This document shows, piece after piece, positions 13,072 to 26,400 of a stretch of 64,000 nt of DNA (position 1 is its first letter; each line of letters begins with the position of its first letter). A program made the position numbers and the translations under genes. The notes beneath the pieces are model-generated. The model was not told the origin of the DNA and made no database searches. It worked only from the letters and a program-made list of their open reading frames with translations. This stretch comes from Octopus vulgaris (lineage: Eukaryota), in assembly GCA_951406725.2 (NCBI GenBank), contig OX597815.1, positions 123,566,001-123,630,000 of the forward strand, in the 5' to 3' direction.

Positions 13072-16000
13072 CTAAAGAAAGAAAAAAATTTCCAATATAT
13101 CAATATTATGATTAAAAGATAACTAAATATGTTCTTTAAAAATATAAATAAATACAACAATAAAATCCAATTAAAGTAAAAAGATATATCAAAATAATTA
13201 AATAAATATGAATTGTTGCTCTAAATACATTTTTAATTATTATATGTAAATGGTAGTTTACAGCAGATTGTCTCACCATAATTGCTATTGCATCCCAATG
13301 GCCATTTCATAATTTAAATTGGCCAGACACCAAACATTTCTATATCCAGTTTACATTGCAGCATATACACATAACATCAAATCTTATAACGGATGGTTGC
13401 CAAGAGATTTTGTTGATGTACAAGTTTAACAAAAAAACAAAAAAGACCTAACATACACATCTAAACAGATACTGGCTTAAGGTGCTAGTATGTACATATC
13501 ACTAACTTACACAAAAGGCAAAAAGATCTAAAAAAAAAAAATGCTTTAATGTTAAGCAAGGCACAACACACACACACACAGAGTACATGTACCTAATAAT
13601 GCTCAGTTGAAATGTAGATAGCAGTGGTTCTGAGAAGACTTTCTTTAAAAAATGATTTGACTATTATGCCTTTAATATTAAAGAACTCAAGAGATAAATG
13701 TGGGCCTTTAATGTCACAATGGTACAGAGGGGAAAGGTTTATAAAAAGTGCATTCTTTAACTCACTTGAGGGTCAATAATAGGGATAGCCGATTTATGCC
13801 TGCGAACTGGTGATCGGCTGGGGCTTGGTTGTTGTAAATCAGTTGAATAATAGGTGGTGCCTCCTCTGAACATTTCTGATAAAGCTGAAGTCTGAAAGAA
13901 GCAAGTTATCAAAATAAATTAAACAAAGAAAAAGTTATACAAATAAATATAAAACTATTGATAAGAGCAGATTTTATCTTATTGCAGTCATGCTTCTTAA
14001 CTATGCAGCCACAGATTTGGACAAATTTGTGAATCTGTTCATACCTTGAATAAATATTACAATTTTTTAAATAATAATTTCATTACTACTGAAATGTTAA
14101 AGGCCATAAATTCTAGGGATTCAGCTGAAAATTGACATCAGTATAGCTATTTAATGAACTACATTACATTAGCTAAATTATACAACATATAAATTTCTAC
14201 ACATTTATGAAAAGCTGTCAATATGCTTTTTAATAAAGTATTACAATTTATAAAAATATAAAATTTATAATGCACAAAGAGAAAATAATACACTTTCAGC
14301 CTCACAGATAGTATTCTACCTATTTTTTTTTTTATTCAAGGGGCTTTTAACCCAATGTATATTATTTAAATCTGAATTTGCTTTAAGACACATTGTTAAT
14401 AAAAACTTAGTTACATATTTCTGTGTTCTTCAGCATTTGTGTTCTAAATGTAAACAACTTTCTCATTGATAAGATTAAAGATGAAATTTGATGGAGGAAA
14501 TATGGGTCTGCTTTACTGTACTTGGAAATACGTTTGTTTGGGTACAGAAAATGCATGGTTCAAGCCTTGCGGGCAGCATTCTGCCCTTTTTGTCTATTCA
14601 CAATTCAAAAAAATAAAATTATTTATTGAAGATGAGAAAGATAACTTACCTGTGAATGAGTAGAGGGTGGTGGTGATTGATAACCAGGCATCACTGGAAC
14701 TTGATAGGGACCATGTGGTGGGGCTCCATATATCATCCCAGCCCCGATATACTGTGGAGGCAACATGGCAGGAGGAGCAGTAGGAATACTCACAGGCACT
14801 GGTGCAGGACCAAACATACGTGGAGCTGAAGGAATGCCAGTGGTAGAAACTAAAATGAAGGATATATCGCTATGTGTAAGCTGAACAAAAATATCTAAAG
14901 TTAAATAAACTATACTAGTATTTTAAGTCTGTACACTGAAATTAATGATATTTCAATATATATATATATTTGTAATATGTTTTTGTTAAATTTTTCCATT
15001 TGTTCCTTTTAGTCAATCCTTGAAATATATATATGAAACAATTCCTCAAGAAACCTCATCAGTTCAATAAGAATGTTTTACACTATTAATTTCTTTTGTC
15101 ATCATACTAGGACTTTTCTGCAAACATAAATATTTATCTATATGTATATACATTTACAGATAGATATCCAATACTTGGAAACATTTCTTTATCCAAATTA
15201 TTCAAATTTATCAGAAAAAATGTTATCTGTGGCTCAAACTGATAGAGGATGAGTAATTCAAGATACTGTACCTCTAAAATAAATAAATAAACAAACTACC
15301 TCCCAGTCAGTTAATGCCCAAATCATGAAACTCTACTGTTGTCTTATAGCATGTTTTATTGATATTAGATTGGCAAGAGCCCGAGAGCATGAATTATTCT
15401 TAAAATTTGGTGCATCATTTATACTATATCCAACCATTCCATTTGTTTCAGGATATAGTTATTACTTATCCCTGTTTTTAAGAAATTTGTCCATGCCATT
15501 AGAAAGATTTGAAGGCTCTGACATCACCAGCAAGGAAATTATTAACAATCAAAGACGTCTTAGTAAAGCCAGAATATATTTTAGTGCAAATGAATAACTC
15601 TTTTTCTTGCATTCATGTGAAAGTGTAGTATGAATTGAAATGTTAAAGAACAGTAAGGAAATCTCTCTATATATAAACGGCAAAATGTCTGCCTGTGTGT
15701 GCGTGCGTGTCCTTTATACAAATCCACATTTTTCAGTTAGAGGGCTAGTACTTTCTATGGTCATTCAAAACCGTCCAAGGGTGGTCGTGCACATCTTTAC
15801 ATTTCTCCAGTCACCCCGCAAAGCCATTAATAAATCAATAGAAGTGACATTTTTGTGAATTTTCTATCCAAAACCCAATCAAAATGCCCGAAACTTGATA
15901 CGCCAAATGAATGCCAACTAGCTGTATGTGATTGGTCGGAGATTTGGACAGTACTTGCGTGTATGTGTGCATGCACTAGCACTATGACCCGGCATTGCTG

Positions 16001-18882
16001 GGTCATAGTGCTAGTGTCTTATATTTTACTATATAAAAAGTTAATTTGGTTGAAATTTTGTCCCAACTTAGCATAATTCTTTTCCCTTTCTAACAAAAAC
16101 TGACCAACTATCTATATAGTTACTTGCAAAAAATAGTGTTTGGTGTACAAATGCTATAAAATCAGATATTTCTAAAACAGTACATCTGAGAAAACAACTA
16201 AATTTTAATTTAAAGATATCTACAAATATATCTATATATAATGAATAATATTTCAGGAAATATATAAGTGGAATTTTGAAGATTTGCAATATGGTAAATT
16301 ATAATAATTAAAAAAATTGAGAAATGTGTGGTTTGACTGAAATAAATTTTCTTTTTATAAATCAAGAAATGCACAAAAAAAAAAATAAATAAATACTTAG
16401 CAGTATTCTTTACTTGATATTAAGCAAATTTCAGCAATTATGTAAAATCAGATAAAATGGGTCAAATATAAATGAGATTCACTTTTGATACATTTTATAG
16501 AAGGTGATTAAAACTAGTTTAAACTAATATACCACTGAAAACTATTGCAAATAGTAATAAAAATATTATTTCCCAATGAATGGACAATGCAATATGAATT
16601 GACTATAACATGAACTTAGCATTGAATTTAGTGGAAACCTCAATCACCCTCAAACAAATGTAGTACTTTATACGTTACATAGATTAATTAGCAGTTTGCT
16701 ACACTGAACTAATATCAAAAAACTGTTATAATACATCAATGAACAACTTAGATTTACACAAGTACCTTCAGAGTGAAAACGTTCTATAAAACAAAATTTG
16801 AAAAATGTTTTAAAGAAGCAGTATTACAGTATTTTACAAAAATAGAATTGAAAAAAACATCAAAACTAGTTTATGAAAAAGTCACTAAAGGAACCTCTAT
16901 GTGGTCGTTCAACCTGCTTGAAATCTCCCTCAAATTACACCCTACTATCTTGAAAAAGGAATTACATATTGAAGAATGTATTCATAGATGTGCAACAGCC
17001 AAGGAAAAAATGAGATAATCATTACAGGAATGCTCTTGTTTATATATCTGCTCAATCAAGGCTGATCTTAGATTGAACATCAACAAAACAATACACTTTC
17101 ATAATTTACATAGTTTAGAAAGAAAATGCAAACATCCAGTCAAAAGAATAAACATAAATAAGACAAATAAATGTCTTGATACTTTGCAGCTGTACTATTT
17201 GATAAACACACACTTCAGTGCCATGTCAATACTCATTCAAAATTATGATGTAAGTCACTCATTTAAAAAAAGTAAAGAATGCTCCATTTTCAAATTTAAT
17301 TTTTATATAATATAATGAAAATTGATAATCTTACACACTTGTAGGATAAATGGAATTATTCAACCTTACAGGATCAGAGATAGTTCTCATTTGTTAATCA
17401 GTTCTACAGAATTTTCTCAATAAAATTTAGTATCTATTTTCTAAATAGTTAGGTAAATGTAAAACAATGTTGAATTAAGTTTTTTGACCTGAGACAAAGT
17501 ACATTAAAGATTTTCATTTTACAACTTTGAAAATTCTATTTAGTTGGAACATTCTTTTATTATTTAACTGGTTTTGGCATTAGAGCATCACCTTCTAGGT
17601 TATTACAGTCTATTACAACAACCCTAATACTCATTTTATTGACCTTGGAAGGAAGACAAAGTGAACTTTTAGTTTACAAACAAAACAATTCACACAAACA
17701 AGCATGCAAACAAGTATTTTTGTTTGTTTGTTTTTTTTTGTTTCTTTTATAACGTTAACAAAGCACTGTTATACCTAGAAAAATCACTTAGAGAAATATA
17801 ATTATTGGTTAAAAATAACAATTATTTTTGACTAAGCACAATGTCCTTTTGGAAGGGAAAAGGTATAGTCAACTGGCTCAATCAGGTGTTTGCTTTATAG
17901 AAAAACGGGGATAAGAAAAAGTTAATGCCAGAAATATAATACGAGTTTAACTAACCTCGGACACCAAATAAGGTGAAGAACAGTCTCACTTCTACCTGTG
18001 TCACTCTATAACAATAAAGCTTAGTAAACCTCAATCCCTGATGAATTTTATCATCACAGGGTAAAATTCACATAATTTAATACTAAGTTGGGAAAAGTCC
18101 AAAATGTAAAAGGAGATATTGTAATTAAAGCTAAGAAAAATTAAATACCTGAAACCAAACAAATATAAATAAATAAATAAAACAAAAATATTGGAACAAA
18201 ATTTAAATAGTAAAATAGATTTTTCACTTTAAACAAGAAACTGAATTAATGAAAATTCAGTACTTCAAAATGGAAAAACAATAATTTATAACAAAACTAT
18301 GAAAATATTAGTAAAAATATGAGGCATCAGATAATACGTAAAGTAACCCAGTTTATATTAAATGTTAGTAATAATATGTAGGTTAGCATGATGAGACTAT
18401 TATCTAATAAAGATGGATTAAATTTTGTTGACATGAAGCCAAATGAATGTATGAGACAAAACAATAGTATAAAAAATCCAATCTCTCAATGAATATTTAT
18501 AAAGAGATGATGCACAAAATATTTTTGAAGAGGGAAACTGTGGAAGACATGGGATGAGGTGGTAAAGTATGAACTTCAAATGTTGATCCTCACAAACACA
18601 ATGACAAGTGATCAAGTCCTTTGGAGATTTGCTGTGCTTGAGAAGACATACCAAACTAAATGAAATCGTAGTCGTGACTGGTGTCAGTAACACATAAAGG
18701 CACCCACTACACTGTGGAGTGGTTGGCATTAGGAAGGGCATCCAGCTATAGAAGCCAAGCCAAAACAGACTGGAGTCTGGTACAGCTCTCCAGTTTATCA
18801 GTTCCAGTGAAACTGTTTAACACATGCCTGAGTGGAAAATGGACACTAAATCATCAAATGATGATAATATAATATAATATCT

Positions 18883-18921
<39 letters not shown>

Positions 18922-20378
18922 TCATTATCATCATTTTACATCTGCTTTCCATGCTGGCATGAGTTGGATGGATTGACTGGAGATTGGTGAGCCAGAGGCT
19001 GCACCAGACTCAATCTGATATGGCAAAGTTTCTACAGCTGGATGCCCTTCCTAATGCCAACCAGTCCGAGAGTGTAGTGGGTGCTTTTACATGCCACCAG
19101 CATGAGGGCTAGTCAGGCGGTACTGGCAACGACCACGCTCAAAAGGTGTTTTTACGTGCTACCTGTACGGGAGCCAGTCTGGTGGCACTGGCAACGACCA
19201 TGTTTGAATGTTGTTTTTCATGTGCCAGTAAAGCGACGTTGGCAACAATCACGCTCGAATGGTGCTTTTCATGTGTCACCGGCACGGGAGCCAATCCTTG
19301 GCCCTGGCAACAATCATGCTCAGATGTGCTTATAACGCTTCACTGACATATATATATCAGAACGATGTTCCATGCTGGTATGTGTTTGACAGGACCCAAT
19401 GGGGCGAAGGACTGCACTGTGTCTCAGTGCTTGCTTTGGCACGGTTTCTACAGTTGGATGCTTTTCCTAACACCAAGCACTTTTACAACATGTACTGGCT
19501 GCTTTTTTATATGCCACCAGCACTTGTGACATTGCCATGAAGTTTGGAGGACAATGAACCTGGAAGTGGGGGAGGAGCCTTTATGTGAGGAGATGAGGAG
19601 TTATGAGAGAAGAGTAGGGAGAGCATGTTCTTGCTGTAGAGGAGCAACATGTCTATACACATTTAGAAGAAAGGGTTAAATGATCAGAGGAGCTGCAAAG
19701 ACATAAATAGTGATGATGTGGTGTCCAGGTGGTTTCTCAAGGTACAAGGTGAATAGAAGTGAATGGCAATAGAACTAAGTGTTGGTGGATGGGTAGGTTT
19801 GCAGTAGTGTCTGGGGGAGCAAAACCTGAGGGTATGGGAGAGGGAAGGTAGGCAACAACTGTAAGGATTGGGTCAAGTTGAAGAGTGGATAACCAATGTT
19901 GCATGAGTTGGGTAAGGTAAAGAGCAGAGGAAGCAGAAAGAGAGCAGCAGACAGTAATGATGATATTGTTGACAGGACAAGAATATATTTTTTTATTCGT
20001 TTCAGTCATTTGACTGCAGCCATGCTGGAGCATTGCCTTTAGTCGAGCAAATCGATCCCAGGACTTATTCTTTGTAAGCTTAGTACTTATTCTATCAGTC
20101 CCTCTTGCCAAACCACTAAATTACGGGACCGTAAACATGCCAGCATTGGTTGTTAAGCAAGGTTGGGAGGACAAACACAGACACATGAACATATACATAC
20201 ACACACACACATATATGACGGGCTTCCTTCAGTTTCCATCTAACAAATCCACTCACAAGGCTTTGGTCAGCTCGAGGCTATAGTAGAAGACACTTGTCCA
20301 AGGTGTCACGCAGTGGGACTGAACCCGGAACCATGTAGTTGGTAAGCAAGCTACTTACCACACAGCCACTCCTGCACC

Positions 20379-20409
<31 letters not shown>

Positions 20410-23400
20410 TTTTACTTGCATCATTCACTGGACTGTAATCATGCTGGGGCATTGTCTTGAAAAGCTTAGTTGAATAAATCAATCCAGTATTTATTTTTAA
20501 AACCTGGTACTTACTTTATCAGTTTCTTTTGAAAAACTGTTAAGTTACAGGGACATAAACAAAAACATGGGTTGTCAACCCATGGTGGGGAGAATCACAA
20601 AGACACACAGACACAAATGGCAGGCTTGCATACAGTCTCTATCAGCAAAATTTACTCATAAGGCATCAGTTGGTCCAGGACTATGGCAAACAGCACTTGC
20701 CCAAGGTGCTGTAGAGTAGGACAGAATCTGAAACTACAATACCATGCCTATAAAGAAACATATCATTTTGTTTCTTTGAGAAGGATTTTGACATCTCTAA
20801 CTGAAGATTTTGTTGGAGTAAATTAATGTTACAATTACCAAAGCTTAATTCTAGTACATATGTTTCCTGATTTTATTTCCATCCACTGAAAATGTTTTCT
20901 TCACTACGGATGGGGGTGGGGGAGAATCCAACAACAAAAAAACAAACAAGTAAGAAACAATACAAATATGATGTTTGTTTATATAGGAGTAGTTTACAAA
21001 AATAAAGGAATAAAGGACACATGTTCTATGCTTTTCCTTTTTTAGAAGAAACTGTATATAAGTTACCAGTTATTATGACTATTACCTTACAATTCAACAA
21101 ATGCCTTATAATTAATTTCATTTGTTGTAATAGCATGGAAATGAAAATACATGAATGATTTACACCGGATATTCATCTTACTAAAATATGAACATGAATA
21201 AAGATGCCAACAAGCAGACAAAATCTCTGATAAAGAACCAACTATCTGTGAACCTTTTTTTTAAATTTTGAAATCATATGAAAATTACGTTATAAAATAC
21301 ATTCCAAATTCAAAGAGCAACCTAAATGATAAGAATGATATCAACAGAAAATCAGTAAAGCTTGGCAATTATGCTTTGCTAATTTAAAATAAGACGAAGG
21401 AATTAAAAGACAAAAATCCAGTAAGCAAAACTAAACTATCCATTCTTTGTGAAGAAGCTTTTTAGCCTAGAACTAACCAATAATTATCAGCAATTCCTCA
21501 TTTGTTCAATAGCAAATAGTTCAATAGTAAATTGTTCAATAGTTGTAATTTCTTGACACGGACAACTATGACAATAACTATCACACCAATACAGACTGGG
21601 TGCTACTGACACAGAGCTAGTATCTCGAGTCGTACCTGGTAATGTGTAAGGGATAGGGGTAGGAGCCTGTAACATGGTAGGCTGGAACGCTGCTCCGTCC
21701 TGATGAGTAGGTGGACCTTGTTCAGGATGAAATATGTGTGGTGGACCTTGGGTAAAATCTGGAACACAAATATTTTAAATAGGAAACAACCAATAGAGTA
21801 AACAAAATATCAATCAAAATACAAATCCCAGACAGAAGAGGAGACACAGAAGATTAAAATAAGCAAACACGAGAAACAGAAAACAAGGGAACTGAAATAA
21901 TAAACAGACAGAACTTTTAGCTAACTAGAGAAACCAAAAGAAAAGAGAATAAACCAATCCATGACATTTGGTGCAGATATAGGTCATATACACTAATCTA
22001 AAACATTTACAAAATATACAAAATAAAGCAAACAAATTGAAATGAACTAGTGCAGATAATGACATGTTCCAGAGCCAAAAAGAAAAAAAACAACAAAATA
22101 AAAGTACAGCAACACCATGCACAAAAATGAAATGAAAGAAAAAAATGCCACACATCTATACAGTTAATAAAATTTAACTCAACAAACATCTCAATCCAGA
22201 CATAGAATTACACAGATAAACAAAGTATTCTAATAATTTATCAGGTGTAGGTACATGAAACATATATATATATATATATATATATATGCATGTGTGTACG
22301 CATGTTCTCAAACAAAAGAGAAGTGATGTCATAACTTAAGCTATTTGAATTATCTAGATGTGGTTGAAATGAAAACTTAAATCCTTACATGCCTAGTTGG
22401 GTTAATAGCATAGGAAAGTAATTTTACATGCAGTATGTCATCAGTTCAGTACAAAATTATAGAGCAACAATCAATCAGGGTTCATTTGAGATTTGTAATA
22501 ATTATATAACAAAGAAGAATGGAATTATCAGACCACTCTGTTGGCATGCACATCTAGTAGATATATTTAGAAAGAACAAAGTAGTAGTTTGTCATTATAT
22601 AAAACTCAATTCTAATAGTTATAGTATATCTATGGCCATTTATAACTATATCAAAACTAAAATTAAATGCTGTCATAATGATAAATATCTTAAAAGTAAA
22701 GAAATCTTTTAATATTTGACATAACCTGAGTTATATTTCATATTTATATCTGACTTTTATAAGAAGCTTTATATCGTGTTTTAAAATAATACTTATACAT
22801 TCAAGCTAATGGGAAATACAATTCAAATGAATGACACTTTTCAAATCTAGTTCTACTGAATACATAAAATATATTTTTGGCAGAGACATCTTACTTAAAA
22901 GATGTCTATTCTGATGAGATTTTTTTCTTTTTCTTTCAAAGAAAAAAGAAGAAAAGTTTATGAAGATAAGCTATTTTACCATAACATTTCAGTAATTATA
23001 GTCATGATGTTTGATAAGTAGATACAGTTAAAAAAGTTATGAAAGTATGAAAAATGCTTGAGATTTGACAGGAGTATTATTCATGCTACTAAACAAGGTC
23101 AGCTAGCAGTACTCTCTTTATGATAAGTAGATTTGTTTGTTTAAATGATGAACAATTAATTTCTGCTATAGTTCTTGAAGAATCCCTTATAGCATCCCAA
23201 GTTGATAAAGGATCCTATGTAAAGCAAATCTTTAAAGTAACTCCTTTTTTTACCAAACTGCTTCTTCGAGCAACAACAAAACTGTGCTGGAATTTTTTGT
23301 CACCCATCCATTAGCTTGGGTAGATCCTCAATTTTATGTTGTGTGTCTCTGCCAATTAATATCAAAGCATCTGAGTGGCCTTCATTCTTTACTGGGGTGT

Positions 23401-26400
23401 CACAGTCTTCAAAATATAACATCTAATATATGTTATTCAGCAAGATTGCAGTGGCCAGTAAAGCCTACTCTGCATTGGGTAATAACAGCATTCAGCATAT
23501 TTTATCAAGTACACCAACAGTAGTGGGGTTGCCTTCTGCTGGGTCTGTTCACTCAATGCAATGTGACCATGAAGTCATTAAATATTTTACCTCCAATGCT
23601 TGCAAAGTTTGAAAGTTCTGCCATCATATATTTCTATAACAATGCTGATCTATCACCAATGGCTTCTAAGATGATAAATTTGTCATCAACTACTACTTAG
23701 AGTGCTACCATATTAATAAATCCCTTAACTGAATAGTTTGATGCTACAGAATTACACAAATACTTGGGTAGTTCATCTTCCCTGACCCATTTCCTGCAGT
23801 CCTTTACAAGCTTAGATAATCTATTGATAACTGATATAAATTTGAAAGATGTGTGGAGGGAATTATCGTTTTAATGCAATGAAGCCACAAAAACAATTTA
23901 GTGTCAGACTAAATACCTTACAGATCCCAGTAAGGACCCTCTAGGTTTGATAAAATAAAAATTAATCAATAATGTTCTTTCTTTTCAAGTATGTGCTGGG
24001 TCACTACAATTAACTATCCACCTTCCCAATATATTACCTTGTGCCAAAGTAAGAAATCATTACTAGTATTATAGCACTATTGAAGATTACATCATTAATT
24101 TCACTTGTGTCACATTCATGGTGATAATATTTGGAACTTTTGAAGGCCATTTTTCAGAGATCCTCCATTTTACTGTTAAATCTTGCAAACGAATCAGGCA
24201 AAAATGGATTTCTGTACCCTAAGTTATTGCAAGTGGGAAGTTTTGATCATAAGGAGTAAGTGAATATTGGTAATAGATTGAAGAAACTTGTGTCACACCT
24301 AAAAATATACAATCCCTTACTTTTTCCTCCTATAACCTATATCACTGAAAAGTGGTCCACCTCAGGTACTAGAATACAATCCTCTTCAGTTTATCCATTG
24401 TTATCATCTCAATCTTCAGTTCTTTCACTATTATAAACCTTGCCTTTTTCCATTTCAAGTATTGCATATGTCTTTGTAGTGCACATTTTTTTAATGGAGT
24501 TTATGAAGCACAAAAAGTGTCTTGAAATTACTTATTCTAAAGAAGATGCCCTCCTCCATGTCCCAATAATTATATAAATGCTAGATTTATAAAAAGTGTA
24601 CAAGCATGCAATATAATAGAAAATAGCCTTAAATAATTATAAAACACAATAGTTCTGGAATTTTCAGTTCAATGAAATTGAAAATTCAAAAGACCTATTT
24701 CACCATCAATAACAAAATACATGTGATACAATATAGATATATACATGGTGTTCATTATAACACATGTGCTATTCTACTAAACAAATACACAGAGATAAAC
24801 AACCCAAAGACAAAAAAACAACATCAAAACCCACTGACTAAACTTGTCAGTGGTGACAAATCAGCCATAGGCTACACAAATCAATTTAACTAAAAATATA
24901 ACCATGCAAAAAAAAACAAAAAAACATGATTTATTCACAAAAGATAGCAAATAAATCAATCAATTACCAAAAGAATATTGCTAAGAGAAAAGCATATTAG
25001 ATTCATTAACAGTGTTTAGATCAACAATAAATGTTAAAAAAAAAAAAAAAGAATTCATAATTGCTTTCATAACATCATAGAAAATTTTAAATTTAAAATT
25101 ATCATGTCAATTTAACTATCATGTTTTAATTCACATTTGTAATAAATACAAAAAATTAAGTTTTAATTGACGAAAGTATTGAAATTATAAGCAAAATCAA
25201 TTATAAACAAAGAAAAATGCATGAATTTAGCAGCTTTTAAATATGGTAAATCAAATTCAATATACAACTGTATTTCTAGTTTCGACCTAAATTAATTCTG
25301 GAGTTAAACCCCAACAGAAAACATAGATAGATCTAACAACTGAAGACGAAACTTAATGTTGATTATTTGGGTCTCCTTCACTTTGGAGTTCTCAAAATCC
25401 CACATTCTTTCTATTAAGGAATATTATAGAACACATCTTAGAGCATTTGCTGAATAAGACCCACCTAAGTCTAAATTAATTTTGACCCCTGTATATATAT
25501 TCCTTTCATGGACGATACTCCCAAAATAATTTTAGTGCAAGATTATAAATATATTCATATACCGAATTATTTCATGTGATTTATAGAGAGTTTACATAAT
25601 AATAATTGCAAATGTTTATAAGTTAATTGATGATGCAAATCTCAAAACTGACAAACTATTTAATCCAAAAACATCTATGAAGTTATTTAATCTATATTGA
25701 TGTAAATTAATAAGTTGTAATCCTATCAATTAAGATTAAATAAAAGGTAAAAATGAAACCATACCAACAACTTTAATTTTAAGGACTACAACAATCACTT
25801 TCTGTATTAAATATATTAGAGCACAAAATGTTTAATCATCCAACTAATCTGATTCATCAGAATCGTTTGTTCTAAATAATTATATGAAATATTATACCAA
25901 CATAAATAGGTTATAAAATATGATGGAAAACAAATTAGAAATTTTAGTAAGAAAACTACAATATATATGAGTAATGTATACTCATTAATTGTTAATCAAC
26001 TTCATTCAAAACATTATTATTACGGTCAATGAATAAATGAAACTATAAACATGACAGTGTCTTTAGATTTTTTAATTGTTTGTCAGAGTAGAAAAGACAA
26101 CGACCACAATCCTTTTCAGGGTTTCTGAAACAGGTGGGAGGAAAGAAAGAAGTTATCCTCAGGCCAGAGATCTGACCTGTTTGCTTGCAACTGAGCAGAC
26201 CCTGCTGCAAGTTACCCTGAGACATGGCAATGATGTTAAGCCAGATGTGGGCCTCTCATTTCAAGATGCTTCATTATGTTGCATAATGGGGGAAAAAAAT
26301 TGAGACTCTGCTATACATCCATGAAAAATTAAATATGAAAAATATGGCTTGTAACTGCTTAACTAAAATGCTTTTACTAAGATTTGTAAGTATTTTAAAA

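Noticed and set aside
18039-18070. CTGATGA followed by a hairpin (also minus-strand cases near 53640 and 59560)
   Set aside because: No GAAA directly after stem II and no stem III/NUH, so not hammerheads
23100-24480. Possible ancient LINE remnant (likewise ~10480-10960 and ~38150-38650)
   Set aside because: Composition suggests decayed RT sequence but motifs are too degraded to call
25270-25320. Possible decayed hammerhead on the minus strand (CTGTTGG..TCGAAACTAG)
   Set aside because: CUGANGA core broken and stem II not convincing
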